Notes: a model not told the origin generated them from the letters alone. Counted from the first letter of the stretch, positions 9,567 through 18,432 are shown. The stretch is DNA of 64,000 nt from Rhodospirillales bacterium (GCA_965207535.1 CBDBMR010000010.1:65400-129399); one strand, 5' to 3'. Translations and numbers: made by a program.

Positions 9567-10748
9567 TCATTCGCCGCCGATCGGAACCATCGAGAGTTGC
9601 GGGTCCGCTGCGGGAACGTAGACCTCGTCCAGGCCCAGTTCCTTTCGGACGATGTTCGCACCGCGTACCAGGGAAACCATTTTGAAAAACGCGTGAGCCC
9701 GGCTGCCCCCTTGGCGTCCAAATCCACAATCGCTGGACAAAATCAGCCGTTCCGGCTCAATAAATTCGAGCGCCTTTCTGATGAGTGCGGCAACTTCCTC
9801 GGGCCGCTCGATTTGCAGTGTCCTGTGGCTGACGGCGCCGATGGCTATTTTCTTGTCCTTGGAGATCATCGAGCCATAGTGCTCAAAGTCTTGTCCATTG
9901 TTTGACGCGCCCTCCAAGGTCAGGACATCGACATCCAGCTGATCGAGATATGGCAGCGCTTGCTCATATGAAGCGTCGGCATCGAACATGCGCTGCGCAC
10001 CCGGCGATCCCCAGCAGGTATGGCACCACACTTCGGTTTTTTCCCGAAGGCCGGCAACCTCGATATTGAAAGCCTCCACATACGTGGAAGGGTCGATTTC
10101 CTGCCCCTCGATCTGACCGGACTGGTGGATGGAGGGCTCCTCGATTTGAACGATGGGTGCGCCAGCATCGGCCAAGGCGTGATACTCGCTGTTGAAAGCC
10201 TCGGAAAGAGCCATCATCAGTTCTACTCGGTCGTCGTAGAAACTGTTTTCGACCATATGGCTAAGCAACTGGGCCGAAACCGAACCAATCTTTACGGGCT
10301 TGTCGGTGAAGGGAGATGCGGCTTTCCATGCCCGGTCCAACTGAAGCCGGGTCTTCCCGATTGGACCGTCAACCGTGGGCGTGAGCCGGGCTTCGATGAC
10401 TTCCCAAATAAAGTCGCCGGGTTTCTTACCCGCCATCGCAGCATATGGCTGAACCGAAACATCGGGATTCGCAATACCATCGACCCTCTCGTGGGCATAG
10501 CTGACCCAGCTCCCGCCCGCGACATCGTCATCCAGGCGGGCATCCCCGTCGACAAATATATCAATTCCGGCTTTTGTCTGCGCCGCGACATGACACGCCA
10601 GACAATCCAAATGCTGCTCCCGGTAAGCGGACTGGGAGAACCCTTTCGAGAGTGGTTGGCCTCTCAAATTCTCAGTATACCAGCTCGGCCGGGGCAGCGC
10701 CCCGGTCGTGGTGGTCTGCAATGCCTTGTCCTTCGTGACCGTAAACAT
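9567..10748 (-). CDS. cobalamin-independent methionine synthase (MetE C-terminal/UROD-like) family protein
   Basis: 393 aa. The N-terminus TTTGALPRPSWY and the C-terminal SSDCGFGRQG match the MetE catalytic-domain-only family. Confidence 0.7.
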   Translation of the reverse strand: MFTVTKDKALQTTTTGALPRPSWYTENLRGQPLSKGFSQSAYREQHLDCLACHVAAQTKAGIDIFVDGDARLDDDVAGGSWVSYAHERVDGIANPDVSVQPYAAMAGKKPGDFIWEVIEARLTPTVDGPIGKTRLQLDRAWKAASPFTDKPVKIGSVSAQLLSHMVENSFYDDRVELMMALSEAFNSEYHALADAGAPIVQIEEPSIHQSGQIEGQEIDPSTYVEAFNIEVAGLREKTEVWCHTCWGSPGAQRMFDADASYEQALPYLDQLDVDVLTLEGASNNGQDFEHYGSMISKDKKIAIGAVSHRTLQIERPEEVAALIRKALEFIEPERLILSSDCGFGRQGGSRAHAFFKMVSLVRGANIVRKELGLDEVYVPAADPQLSMVPIGGE

Positions 10749-10972
10749 GGTTGAACCTATTGTCGCCCAGTCCTCGATATCTCGAATATCCGGCTTCTTG
10801 AATTATTTGACAAATTCATACTCGCGCCGGCCATCCCGTGGGTCGAGGCGGCGGTGATTGCCGCGCTGAAGGGGCAGGCGCCAAAATACGTGGTCAACGA
10901 GGAGGCGCTGCCCGCATGGCAAAAGCGCTTCGGCGGCCGTTCCTTGATCTAGGTGTGGAGCTTCCTGGCCGC

Positions 10973-11002
10973 CCGGGCGGCAGTTATGAAGCTGCCGCCC
11001 GG
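10973..11002. other. perfect 11-bp-stem hairpin just downstream of the TctC-like gene
   Basis: CCGGGCGGCAG-ttatgaag-CTGCCGCCCGG. There is no clear U-tract on the minus strand. It probably acts as an mRNA 3'-end/stability hairpin. Confidence 0.45.
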
Positions 11003-11020
11003 TGTTCACTTTCGGCCGGT

Positions 11021-12103
11021 CTATTTCTTGCCGGGCGCGACGGTCTTCTTGAGGAACGCCAGGGCCGCGGGCGAGATTTTCTTATGGGTATCGATGACCA
11101 CCGCCGCCGCTTCCCCGGTGCGGAAGATCGGGATGTCGCGGAACTGCTTAGTCCAACTCTCCTTGAACCCCGGATCATTGGGCACCTTGGCATGGGCCGC
11201 ACGGAGCGCCTCGACGGCCGCCTTCGGCGTGCCCTCCGGCGCGACAATGAAATAGGGCCAGGTTTCGTAGCTGGCGAGCCACTTATAGGCTTCCCATGCC
11301 GTACCCGACGGCGAGCCGCCCTTGATGTCCTTGTAGGCATCGACGAAGTGCTTGATGTTCGCCGGATACCGGCCGGGCAGGCGGATCGGCTCGCCGGTTT
11401 TGGGATCGAACGGCGAATGGTAGTAGAGCGGCAGCGCCGTCCCGTCCTTCAAAAGAGTCTCCCGGTAAAAAGCATGATAACCGGGATGGCCCGTCGTCAG
11501 TGCCTGAATTTCCTTCGAACGGATGGCAGCGTTCATTTTCGGCTGCCCCCGGAAGCCCGTGACGTGACGGTAGGTTATGCCGAGGGCGTCAAAGGACAGC
11601 TGGTGGAGCATGTCCAAAAGACCGCCGGGCCGGATCCCGCCGGTGACCACGTTACTCGCCTTGGTCAGATCACTGACGGCCTTCATGCCCGGCGGGGTGT
11701 CCGCCCGGATGATGGTGACGAAGGAACTGTTGCCGGTGCCTATGATCTCGAACTTGGACGGGTCATAGCGGACGCCGGGACCGCCCGCCATCACAGTGGC
11801 GAAAAAAAGCGGGCCCCACATGATGGTCAAGCCGTCCGGTTTCGCCTTCTCGGCCATGAAATTGTGGCCTTTGGTGCCTCCCGGGATATTCCGGATCACC
11901 ATGTCCGGCTTGCCGGCGATGTGGTTCTTCATGAAATTGGTGAATGTCCGCGCCGACCGGGTGAGACCGCCGCCCGCCCCGGCCGGGACGATAACGTCAA
12001 CCGTCTTCCCGCTGTAGAACTGGGCTTGTGCGGGCAGCGCCCACACCGCGGCGGCTGCCGTGGCCACAATGGTGCTTCTGATCAATACCTTCCCGGAAAT
12101 CAT
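11021..12103 (-). CDS. Bug/TctC-family tripartite tricarboxylate transporter substrate-binding protein (orphan)
   Basis: Trimmed to ATG 12103, preceded by GGGAGGA. It has a signal peptide (AAAAAVWALPAQAQ). The motif VDVIVPAGAGGGLTRSARTF is typical of Bug receptors. No tctA/tctB gene is adjacent. Confidence 0.7.
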   Translation of the reverse strand: MISGKVLIRSTIVATAAAAVWALPAQAQFYSGKTVDVIVPAGAGGGLTRSARTFTNFMKNHIAGKPDMVIRNIPGGTKGHNFMAEKAKPDGLTIMWGPLFFATVMAGGPGVRYDPSKFEIIGTGNSSFVTIIRADTPPGMKAVSDLTKASNVVTGGIRPGGLLDMLHQLSFDALGITYRHVTGFRGQPKMNAAIRSKEIQALTTGHPGYHAFYRETLLKDGTALPLYYHSPFDPKTGEPIRLPGRYPANIKHFVDAYKDIKGGSPSGTAWEAYKWLASYETWPYFIVAPEGTPKAAVEALRAAHAKVPNDPGFKESWTKQFRDIPIFRTGEAAAVVIDTHKKISPAALAFLKKTVAPGKK

Positions 12104-12163
12104 CGGATTCCTCCCTTGGTGGTTAGTTTGTAACCCTTTGGCCGTTTTGAATCGTTGCTTCGC

Positions 12164-12191
12164 CCGCTGCCCGTGAGGCACCGGCTTTTTT
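12164..12191 (+). terminator. plus-strand terminator-like hairpin with a T6 tract, with no plus-strand gene upstream
   Basis: CCGCTGCC-cgtga-GGCACCGG forms 8 bp with one C-C mismatch, followed by C and TTTTTT. It lies in the GST/TctC intergenic region. Confidence 0.35.
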
Positions 12192-12273
12192 GCGGCCTAA
12201 TTCAATGGTACGTGATTACCGCCGACAATACACCGGGAATCTGCCGGCCCGCGGACGCCCGCCGATTTGGAAA

Positions 12274-13086
12274 TCATGCGGTCTTGGCGTCGCCCGGAAT
12301 GGTCGGATCGCTGCCCGCCGCGTACGTCGCTTGTTTACGCCACTCGATGACCGCCTTTTCGAACTGCGGGCGCTGCAGGATGCGCTCGTACCAGTCCCGG
12401 ACATTCGGATACGGACCGAAGTCGAAGCTGCCGGCCAAGAGGGTCGTGTAGGTGGGCGACCAGGAAATATCCGCCAGCGTGTAGGCGTCGCCGACTATCC
12501 AGCCGCCATCCCCAATCGCCTCCTCGATCTCGGCGAAGGTTTGATTGAGCAGGCCGATCGCCCTATTTGCGTCCTCTTCGGTAAAGCTCCTGCCGTGACT
12601 GTGCTTGGCATGGAACGCGGCGAGGTCGGGATCGGTTTGAAGCTTGTCGTACAGCGCCTGTTCTTCGTCGGTCTTCGAAAGCAGCGCCGCGTTTACCTTG
12701 TAATACTGATAGGTCTTGATCGCCGGCAGATGCAGATCGCCGGACAGCTTGAGCCAGCGGTCGATCTCGGCCTGGCGGTCGGCGGGGACATCCCGGAACC
12801 CGGGCTCCGGAAATTTCTCCTCGAGATGGAGCATGATGTCGTTGGACTCGGTGATGACCGTGCCGTCATCCACCAGGGCCGGGACCACGCCTTTCGGGTT
12901 GATCCCGAAATATTCCTCCGAGATGTTTTCCTTCTTGCCCAGATCGATGTGGTGGCTGGTCCAGGGCAGTTCCTTCTCTTCCAGCAGCAACCGCACCCGG
13001 GCCGAGCAGTTCGAGCGGTTGGTGTGATAGAGGTGAAGACCCTTGAACTCGAGAACCGAAATGTTGGTGGGGGTGATGAATACCAT
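12274..13086 (-). CDS. glutathione S-transferase family protein
   Basis: The N-terminal thioredoxin-like domain carries an SNCSARVRLLL active-site region, followed by a GST C-terminal domain. 270 aa. Confidence 0.8.
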   Translation of the reverse strand: MVFITPTNISVLEFKGLHLYHTNRSNCSARVRLLLEEKELPWTSHHIDLGKKENISEEYFGINPKGVVPALVDDGTVITESNDIMLHLEEKFPEPGFRDVPADRQAEIDRWLKLSGDLHLPAIKTYQYYKVNAALLSKTDEEQALYDKLQTDPDLAAFHAKHSHGRSFTEEDANRAIGLLNQTFAEIEEAIGDGGWIVGDAYTLADISWSPTYTTLLAGSFDFGPYPNVRDWYERILQRPQFEKAVIEWRKQATYAAGSDPTIPGDAKTA

Positions 13087-13098
13087 ATTGCTTCCCGC

Positions 13099-14205
13099 TT
13101 ACATCTCATCCGGATAGTGGGTGCGGCTGTAGACCGACGTCCGGAAGTCGTTGATCCCGAGCTCGGCCCGGATGTCCTTGGAATTCTTCAACATGGGTAG
13201 TTCCGACGGAATGCCGGTGCCGTTCGCCAACCGGTCATTCTTGGTGAATGTCGCGGCAATGGCGGATGCGGCCGAGACCGCCTTCGGGCCCAGGGTCTCG
13301 GCGACGTCGGCGCGGGCTCGGTCCAGCGCCGGCCGGTCCGGTCCGATCGCCGCATCGGCGAAGGCCAGAAGCTCCTTGCCGCCCGGAACCCCGCTGTCCC
13401 GGGACGGGTCGATCAGGGCCTGCAGGTTGATGTCGAGACCGGTTTCGCGTCCACTCTCACGGAGGAACCAGGCATGGCCGGCGGTTCAGTAAAAGCACTC
13501 GTTGATGGCGGAAACCCGGCCCGCGATAAGCTCCACCTGGGACCGGCTGAACCCCTCATGATGCTGGTAATCCTTGATCATGATGTTCTTCATCGGCAGG
13601 TACTGCGCCTCTTCCAGCTCCACCGCCTGACGGAACTCGTCCGGCACCAGGCTGACGGAGCGCAGGATGTAGGGCCGGTAACCCTCGCCGAAGATGGCCT
13701 TGGCCTCCTCGCCGCCTTCCGGGAGGTTGGGGACCGTCGGCACCCAGGCCAGCTCCTTCTTGGCGACGCCGGGCCGCGCGCCCGAGGCCTTGCCCTCCCG
13801 CGCGGCCGGCAGGGGGCGCAGCGGCACGCCGATGCTGCGGGCGAAGACATCCATGCAGGTCAGCCGCGAAACGATGCCGACGATTTCGACATACTCCTCG
13901 TCGCTCAGGCCGCCCGATCTGGCGTCCTCGTAGGATTGTTGATCGAAATCCTGCGGCGAGACCGCGAGATGCCGGATCATCTCGCGGGCGGCCTTGGGCA
14001 ACTCGACATCGCTCTCCGGCCCGGCGCCGTCATGCTTTTCCTGAACGCCCGCCTCGTAGCAGGCCTCGCGAATTTCGCGCGCGACCGCCAGGCGCTGCGC
14101 GGCGCCTCCCCAGGTGCCGGGATCGGCGAGGTGATCCAGTTGCGCCGCGTGAGCCTCGTCGATCTCGGCCCGGACCGGATATTCGGAATCTGCGTAGAGT
14201 GTCAT
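13099..14205 (-). CDS. two-domain AhpD/CMD-family peroxidase-related protein with an in-frame TGA (candidate selenocysteine; alternatively a nonsense pseudogene)
   Basis: Track ORF 13486..14205 ends ...RVSAINECFY followed by TGA (13486-13488). Hand translation of the same frame continues TAGHAWFLRESGRETGLDINLQALIDPSRDSGVPGGKELLAFADAAIGPDRPALDRARADVAETLGPKAVSAASAIAATFTKNDRLANGTGIPSELPMLKNSKDIRAELGINDFRTSVYSRTHYPDEM. There is no further stop until TAA at 13099-13101, 13 nt before the GST start. C-F-Y-[TGA]-T-A-G-H reproduces the CMD/AhpD CxxCxxxH motif. Confidence 0.6.
13441..13469 (-). other. candidate bacterial SECIS-like hairpin downstream of the in-frame UGA
   Basis: The minus-strand RNA GGUUCCUCCGUGAGAGUGGACGCGAAACC starts 17 nt after the UGA. 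Hand-folded outer pairs are GGUU/AACC and inner pairs are UCCG/UGGA (with G-U pairs). The apical loop is purine-rich and contains G and U. It was folded by eye only. Confidence 0.3.
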
Positions 14206-14336
14206 TTTCGAAGCTCTCCCCTAAAACTGCCCGCCTTGAGGCCGGGTCCGGCACTCAGCATGGGGCCCGGTGTCCGGCGCGCCACCCAAATTTTCCGAAT
14301 GTCCACCCTGTGGAAGGCAATTCATGCCGGTGCCCC

Positions 14337-16037
14337 CTACCGGACGGACATTCCGAACCGGCCTATGGTCCCCGCGGTCTCGAATTTCGAGAAGAACGCC
14401 GTGACGTCGGCCGGCTCGCCGTCGAGGGATACGTCTCCCGTCCCGATGCCGTCTTCGAAGCTCACCGATCCGCCGGCCCACTTGCTGAGGAACGCCCGCT
14501 CGAAGGTCAGCGTCGCGTCGCGCTCCTCCGGCAGCCGGTCATGGAACTGGCAGACGCCGCGCCGGATTTCCAGGCCGCACGCCTCGCCGGTGTCCGACGA
14601 GACGAAACCCAGGGTCAGACGGGTGTCGAGCGCGTCTTCGGCCCTCAGCTTGCAGCACATCATCTCCAGCAGGCCGCCGGTCGGATAGTTGCGGGCCTGG
14701 TTGGACTGGATGGCGTGTCCGCCCTTCTGGGCGCCCAGCTTGTCCTCGAGCTCGATCGCCTGGCACAGGCCCCAGTTGCGCCAGGTGGAATTCTTCTGTC
14801 CGTAGGCCCAGCCGCGGAGCGCTTCCGCCTTCAGTTCGCGCGCCTCCCTGTCTTCGAGGTCGCTCCGGACCAGCCAGGTCAGGATGTCCGCCGCCCAGCG
14901 GTAATCTTTCGCGTCCAGGGCCTCGGTCGCCTGATCGATGACGCTCTTCCGCCCGCCCATCGCCTGTACGTAGCGCGCCGCCCGTTCCCGCCACGGGTGC
15001 GGGTCGAGTTCCACCGCGTCGCCCTGAAACCAGCCCACATAGCCGGCGTAGACGCTGCGCACCGAGTGCTTGTAGCTGCCGTAGAATTCGCCGAGCCAGG
15101 GGTGCGACTTCAGGTGGTCCGGCATGGTGACCTTGTCGGCGAGTTCGTCCCAGGTGTAGCCCTGGTTAATCCACCGGACGCACTGATCGTGGAGATATTG
15201 AATGGAGTCCCGGTAGGCGGTGAGCACTTCCTCGACGTTTTCCGCGCCCTCGACGGTCGGTCCATGGTGCGGAATCAGCGTCTCGGCCTTGAGGGAGCGC
15301 AGCGTGTCCAGTCCCTTGGCCCAGATCATCGGGTTGCGGAACTGGGTGCCCCGCAGCGCGTAGACGTTGGGGAACGTCATGCCCTGAACGGCATCCGCCG
15401 AGATCAGCACCTTTTCGGCCGGCAGCCAGACGACGCACTGATCGTCCGTTTCGCTCGGCACGTGAATGACCTGCAGCCTGATCCCGGCGAGATTCAGGTC
15501 GAACCGGTCGTTGAATGTGGTGGTCGGCTCAATGAACCCGGATTTGCCGCGGCGGGGCGGGGCGCCGATGGCGCTGCCGTAGCCGCCGGTTTCGCCGTAA
15601 TCGAGATGGGCGCCGAACTGAAACGGCCCGCGCCGCGTCCGGATGGGGGCAAGCAGGCCCCAGTCCCGCAGCATGGCCCCGGTCAGCTCCTCGTGGGCGA
15701 TGAGGTCCACCTTGCCGCTGCGGATGTCCTCTTCCGCCACGAAACTGAAGATGCCGCTGACGTGATCGCCGTGATTGTGGGTCAGGATCACCGCCTTGAT
15801 GGGCTTGTCGGTGATTTCCCTGAAAGCGGCCGCCGCCTCGTCGCCCGGCAACTCGCCGCTCAGGGTATCGACGAGGATGACGCCGTCGGTTCCCTCGATC
15901 ATGGTGCAGTTGGAGCCGGTGTAGCAGTAGGCCGTGTGGATATTGCCGCGGGTGGTCAGAATTTTCGGCTGCTGGTACAGCGCCATCTGCGCTGCAAGCT
16001 CGGGATTCACCGAGGGTTCGATCCGGGGGCGGGACAT
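14337..16037 (-). CDS. alkyl/aryl-sulfatase, metallo-beta-lactamase fold (SdsA1/Pisa1-like), no signal peptide
   Basis: Trimmed from the track start 16460 to ATG 16037, because the upstream part overlaps the IlvD-like gene. It has the MBL motif THNHGDHVSG and a C-terminal SCP2-like tail typical of alkyl sulfatases. Confidence 0.8.
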   Translation of the reverse strand: MSRPRIEPSVNPELAAQMALYQQPKILTTRGNIHTAYCYTGSNCTMIEGTDGVILVDTLSGELPGDEAAAAFREITDKPIKAVILTHNHGDHVSGIFSFVAEEDIRSGKVDLIAHEELTGAMLRDWGLLAPIRTRRGPFQFGAHLDYGETGGYGSAIGAPPRRGKSGFIEPTTTFNDRFDLNLAGIRLQVIHVPSETDDQCVVWLPAEKVLISADAVQGMTFPNVYALRGTQFRNPMIWAKGLDTLRSLKAETLIPHHGPTVEGAENVEEVLTAYRDSIQYLHDQCVRWINQGYTWDELADKVTMPDHLKSHPWLGEFYGSYKHSVRSVYAGYVGWFQGDAVELDPHPWRERAARYVQAMGGRKSVIDQATEALDAKDYRWAADILTWLVRSDLEDREARELKAEALRGWAYGQKNSTWRNWGLCQAIELEDKLGAQKGGHAIQSNQARNYPTGGLLEMMCCKLRAEDALDTRLTLGFVSSDTGEACGLEIRRGVCQFHDRLPEERDATLTFERAFLSKWAGGSVSFEDGIGTGDVSLDGEPADVTAFFSKFETAGTIGRFGMSVR

Positions 16038-16040
16038 GTC

Positions 16041-16079
16041 GGTTCCTTTGGGCAGTTCCTTTGGGCGGTTCCTCTGGGA
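16041..16079. repeat. three tandem 13-nt units in the 5' leader of the sulfatase gene
   Basis: The plus strand reads GGTTCCTTTGGGC AGTTCCTTTGGGC GGTTCCTCTGGGA. On the mRNA each unit reads ..CCCAAAGGAAC.., which gives three SD-like AAGGAA/GAGGAA motifs directly before ATG 16037. Confidence 0.8.
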
Positions 16080-16194
16080 ATTAAATTTTACTAATCCATC
16101 TCCCGTCAAATTATCCGAATATGGAAAGCGCGATAAGCGATTGTTTCTAACCGGACAGATTAGAAAATCTGATGTGAGCGGATGAGGCCGGACC

Positions 16195-18045
16195 CTAATC
16201 CCGGTACTTGTTTCGCACCACGAAGCCGGACGGCTCGGCGGGGCGCGGATCCCGGACCCAGATGTCGCGGTTGGGATGAAGCCCGCCGCCCCGGGTCGCC
16301 GGCACCGCCGAGTGCCGCGCCCGGTGCAGCAGCCGGGTATCGGCGATGCCGCAGTTGGGATGCACGCCGCCGTTGCCGGCGACGGCCTCGTCCCAGGCGG
16401 CCTTGCGCGCCTCCAGCGCCCGGGCGTCGTCCAGGGCCGGGCAGTTGATCTCGTTGGCATCGAGGTCGACGACGATCTCGTCGCCGTCCTCGATCAGCGC
16501 GATGGGTCCGCCGGCCGCCGCTTCGGGCCCCACATGGCCGATGACCAGTCCCACCGACCCGCCGGAGAACCGGGCGTCGGTCATCAGCGCGACGACGATG
16601 CCGCGCTCGCGGCAGAGCGCGGTGATCCGCGACGTCGGGTCGAGCATTTCCGGCATCCCCGGCGCGCCGCTCGGGCCCTCGTAGCGCACGATGATCATGT
16701 CGTGGTTTTCGAAACTGTCCGGCGTCTCGTCGAGCGCCTTCAAGAGGCCGGCTTCGCCCTCGAACACCCGGGCCCGGCCGCGGAACAGATTGTCCTCGAG
16801 GCCGCCTTCGACCCCGGCGAGTTTGAGAATGGCGGAATAATCCGGCGACAGGTTGCCGCCCAGCATCCGAAGGCCGCCCGTCGGCTTGAACGGGCCGCTC
16901 ACCGGAAAGATCACCTCGCCGTCGGGGGCGGGCGGGTCCAGATGGTTGATCTGTTCGGCGAGCGTCCGTCCGGTGCAGGTCATCATTTCGCCGTTCAGCA
17001 GGCCGGCCTCCAGCAGCTCGCGGACGATCACCTGAACCCCGCCGACCCGGTCGATGTCGAGCATGGAATAGGCGCCGTAGGGCCGGGCGTTGGTCAGCAC
17101 CGGCACAACGTCGCGGGACAGGATGTTGAACTCGTCCGGCGTCATCACGTCCCGCCAGAAATCCCCGTAGCCGGCGGCGCGGGCGATCTCGGGGGTATGC
17201 AGCACCACGTTGGTCGAGCCGCCGACGGCCATGGCGACGACGACCGCGTTGCGGATCGAATCGCGCTGGACGATGTCGCGGGGGCGGAGCCCGGCCGCCA
17301 TCATGTTCGCCAGATGCTCGACCAGCTCGGCCGGAAATTCGTTCAGGCGGCGCGGATCGTCGGAGGCCGGGGCGACCATCTGCAGCGGCTGCAGCCCGAC
17401 GACGCCGATGAAGGTCTGCATGGTGTTGTAGGTGAACATGCCGCCGCAGCTGCCGATGCCGGGGCAGGCGTGGCAGGCGATCTGGTCCCGGTATTCGGGG
17501 TCCGGGTGCCCGGCGGCCTGGTAGGCGCTGACGATGTCGAGGGGCTCGCCGGTCCGCGGGTCCTTGCCGGGCCGGATGGTGCCGTCGGACATGATGATCG
17601 CCGGCTCGTTGTGTTCGAGAACGGCGGCGAGCGTGCCGACCGGCGGCTTGTCGCAGGCGACCACGGCGATGGTGCCGGCGAGCCCGGTGGCCTCCAGGTG
17701 CTCGCAGAGGGAATCGTTGGTGACCTCGCGGCCGATCAGCGAATAGCGCATCTCGGCCGTGCCGTTGCGGATGCCGTCGGACGTGGCGATGGTGTATTCG
17801 GGCTGGACGAGCCGGTACTTCAGTTCCCCCTCGGCGGCGCCGATCCGGCCGAGCAGGCGGTCGTGGATCGCCCGGACCTTGGGCTCGACGCCGATGTAGC
17901 ACTGGCTGTCGCCCTTGGTCCCGACGACGCCGACCGAGGGTTCGTGAATCAGGGCGGGGTCCGTGCCGAGCTCGTTGGCGAGACCGATGGATTGGGCCGA
18001 GCGCCCGGGATGGCGGTCGATCAGGACGGCATTGGATTTAGGCAT
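16195..18045 (-). CDS. IlvD/Edd-family dehydratase (dihydroxy-acid/sugar-acid dehydratase)
   Basis: Trimmed to ATG 18045 (MPKSNAV...). Family motifs are ACDKPPVG and CPGIGSCGGMFTYNTMQ (Fe-S cluster cysteines). The N-terminus is non-canonical for housekeeping IlvD. Confidence 0.85.
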   Translation of the reverse strand: MPKSNAVLIDRHPGRSAQSIGLANELGTDPALIHEPSVGVVGTKGDSQCYIGVEPKVRAIHDRLLGRIGAAEGELKYRLVQPEYTIATSDGIRNGTAEMRYSLIGREVTNDSLCEHLEATGLAGTIAVVACDKPPVGTLAAVLEHNEPAIIMSDGTIRPGKDPRTGEPLDIVSAYQAAGHPDPEYRDQIACHACPGIGSCGGMFTYNTMQTFIGVVGLQPLQMVAPASDDPRRLNEFPAELVEHLANMMAAGLRPRDIVQRDSIRNAVVVAMAVGGSTNVVLHTPEIARAAGYGDFWRDVMTPDEFNILSRDVVPVLTNARPYGAYSMLDIDRVGGVQVIVRELLEAGLLNGEMMTCTGRTLAEQINHLDPPAPDGEVIFPVSGPFKPTGGLRMLGGNLSPDYSAILKLAGVEGGLEDNLFRGRARVFEGEAGLLKALDETPDSFENHDMIIVRYEGPSGAPGMPEMLDPTSRITALCRERGIVVALMTDARFSGGSVGLVIGHVGPEAAAGGPIALIEDGDEIVVDLDANEINCPALDDARALEARKAAWDEAVAGNGGVHPNCGIADTRLLHRARHSAVPATRGGGLHPNRDIWVRDPRPAEPSGFVVRNKYRD

Positions 18046-18261
18046 GGCAGCTTCCCCGGTGACGAAACGCGCCCCAACGCTGCGGCGGGCCGACGCCCGT
18101 CCCGCCGTCGGGCCGCTCTCTTCTATTCCACGGCAACCCCCGAATCCAGTCATGAATCCAGCAGGATAGGGGGGCGGGTAGACGGCAAACCGTCATGGCC
18201 AGACTTGGAAACTGTTTCCAACGAAAATTTCGGATTCGGCCCGATCGTGTGCGCCGGTATA

Positions 18262-18292
18262 GGCATTTATGGGCATTTATGGACATTTGATG
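18262..18292. repeat. three direct 10-nt repeats with helical periodicity
   Basis: GGCATTTATG GGCATTTATG GACATTTGATG lies in the AT-richer region upstream of the IlvD-like gene. Confidence 0.7.
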
Positions 18293-18432
18293 ACTTGGTT
18301 AAATTCCAATTCGGTGCCTTTGAGCGCATTTTTGTGCGCGGGAATCCCCGCAGCGGCGCCCGCGGACGGTGCTTCCCTATCAATGTGTGCGATTTGCCGC
18401 GCTTTGCCAGTCCCGCACTCTCATTATCCTAT

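Noticed and set aside
10755-10951. A start-less open frame encoding ...RLLELFDKFILAPAIPWVEAAVIAALKGQAPKYVVNEEALPAWQKRFGG, followed by an 11-bp-stem hairpin. It could be a gene relic.
   Set aside because: It has no start codon and no family recognised by eye. Open frames of this length are common by chance at this GC content.
16038-16460. The N-terminal 141 codons of the track ORF 14337..16460 (sulfatase).
   Set aside because: This extension overlaps the 3' end of the IlvD-like gene and is Pro/Arg/Thr-rich. The conserved MBL sulfatase sequence starts at MSRPRIEPS (ATG 16037), which has SD-like motifs directly upstream.
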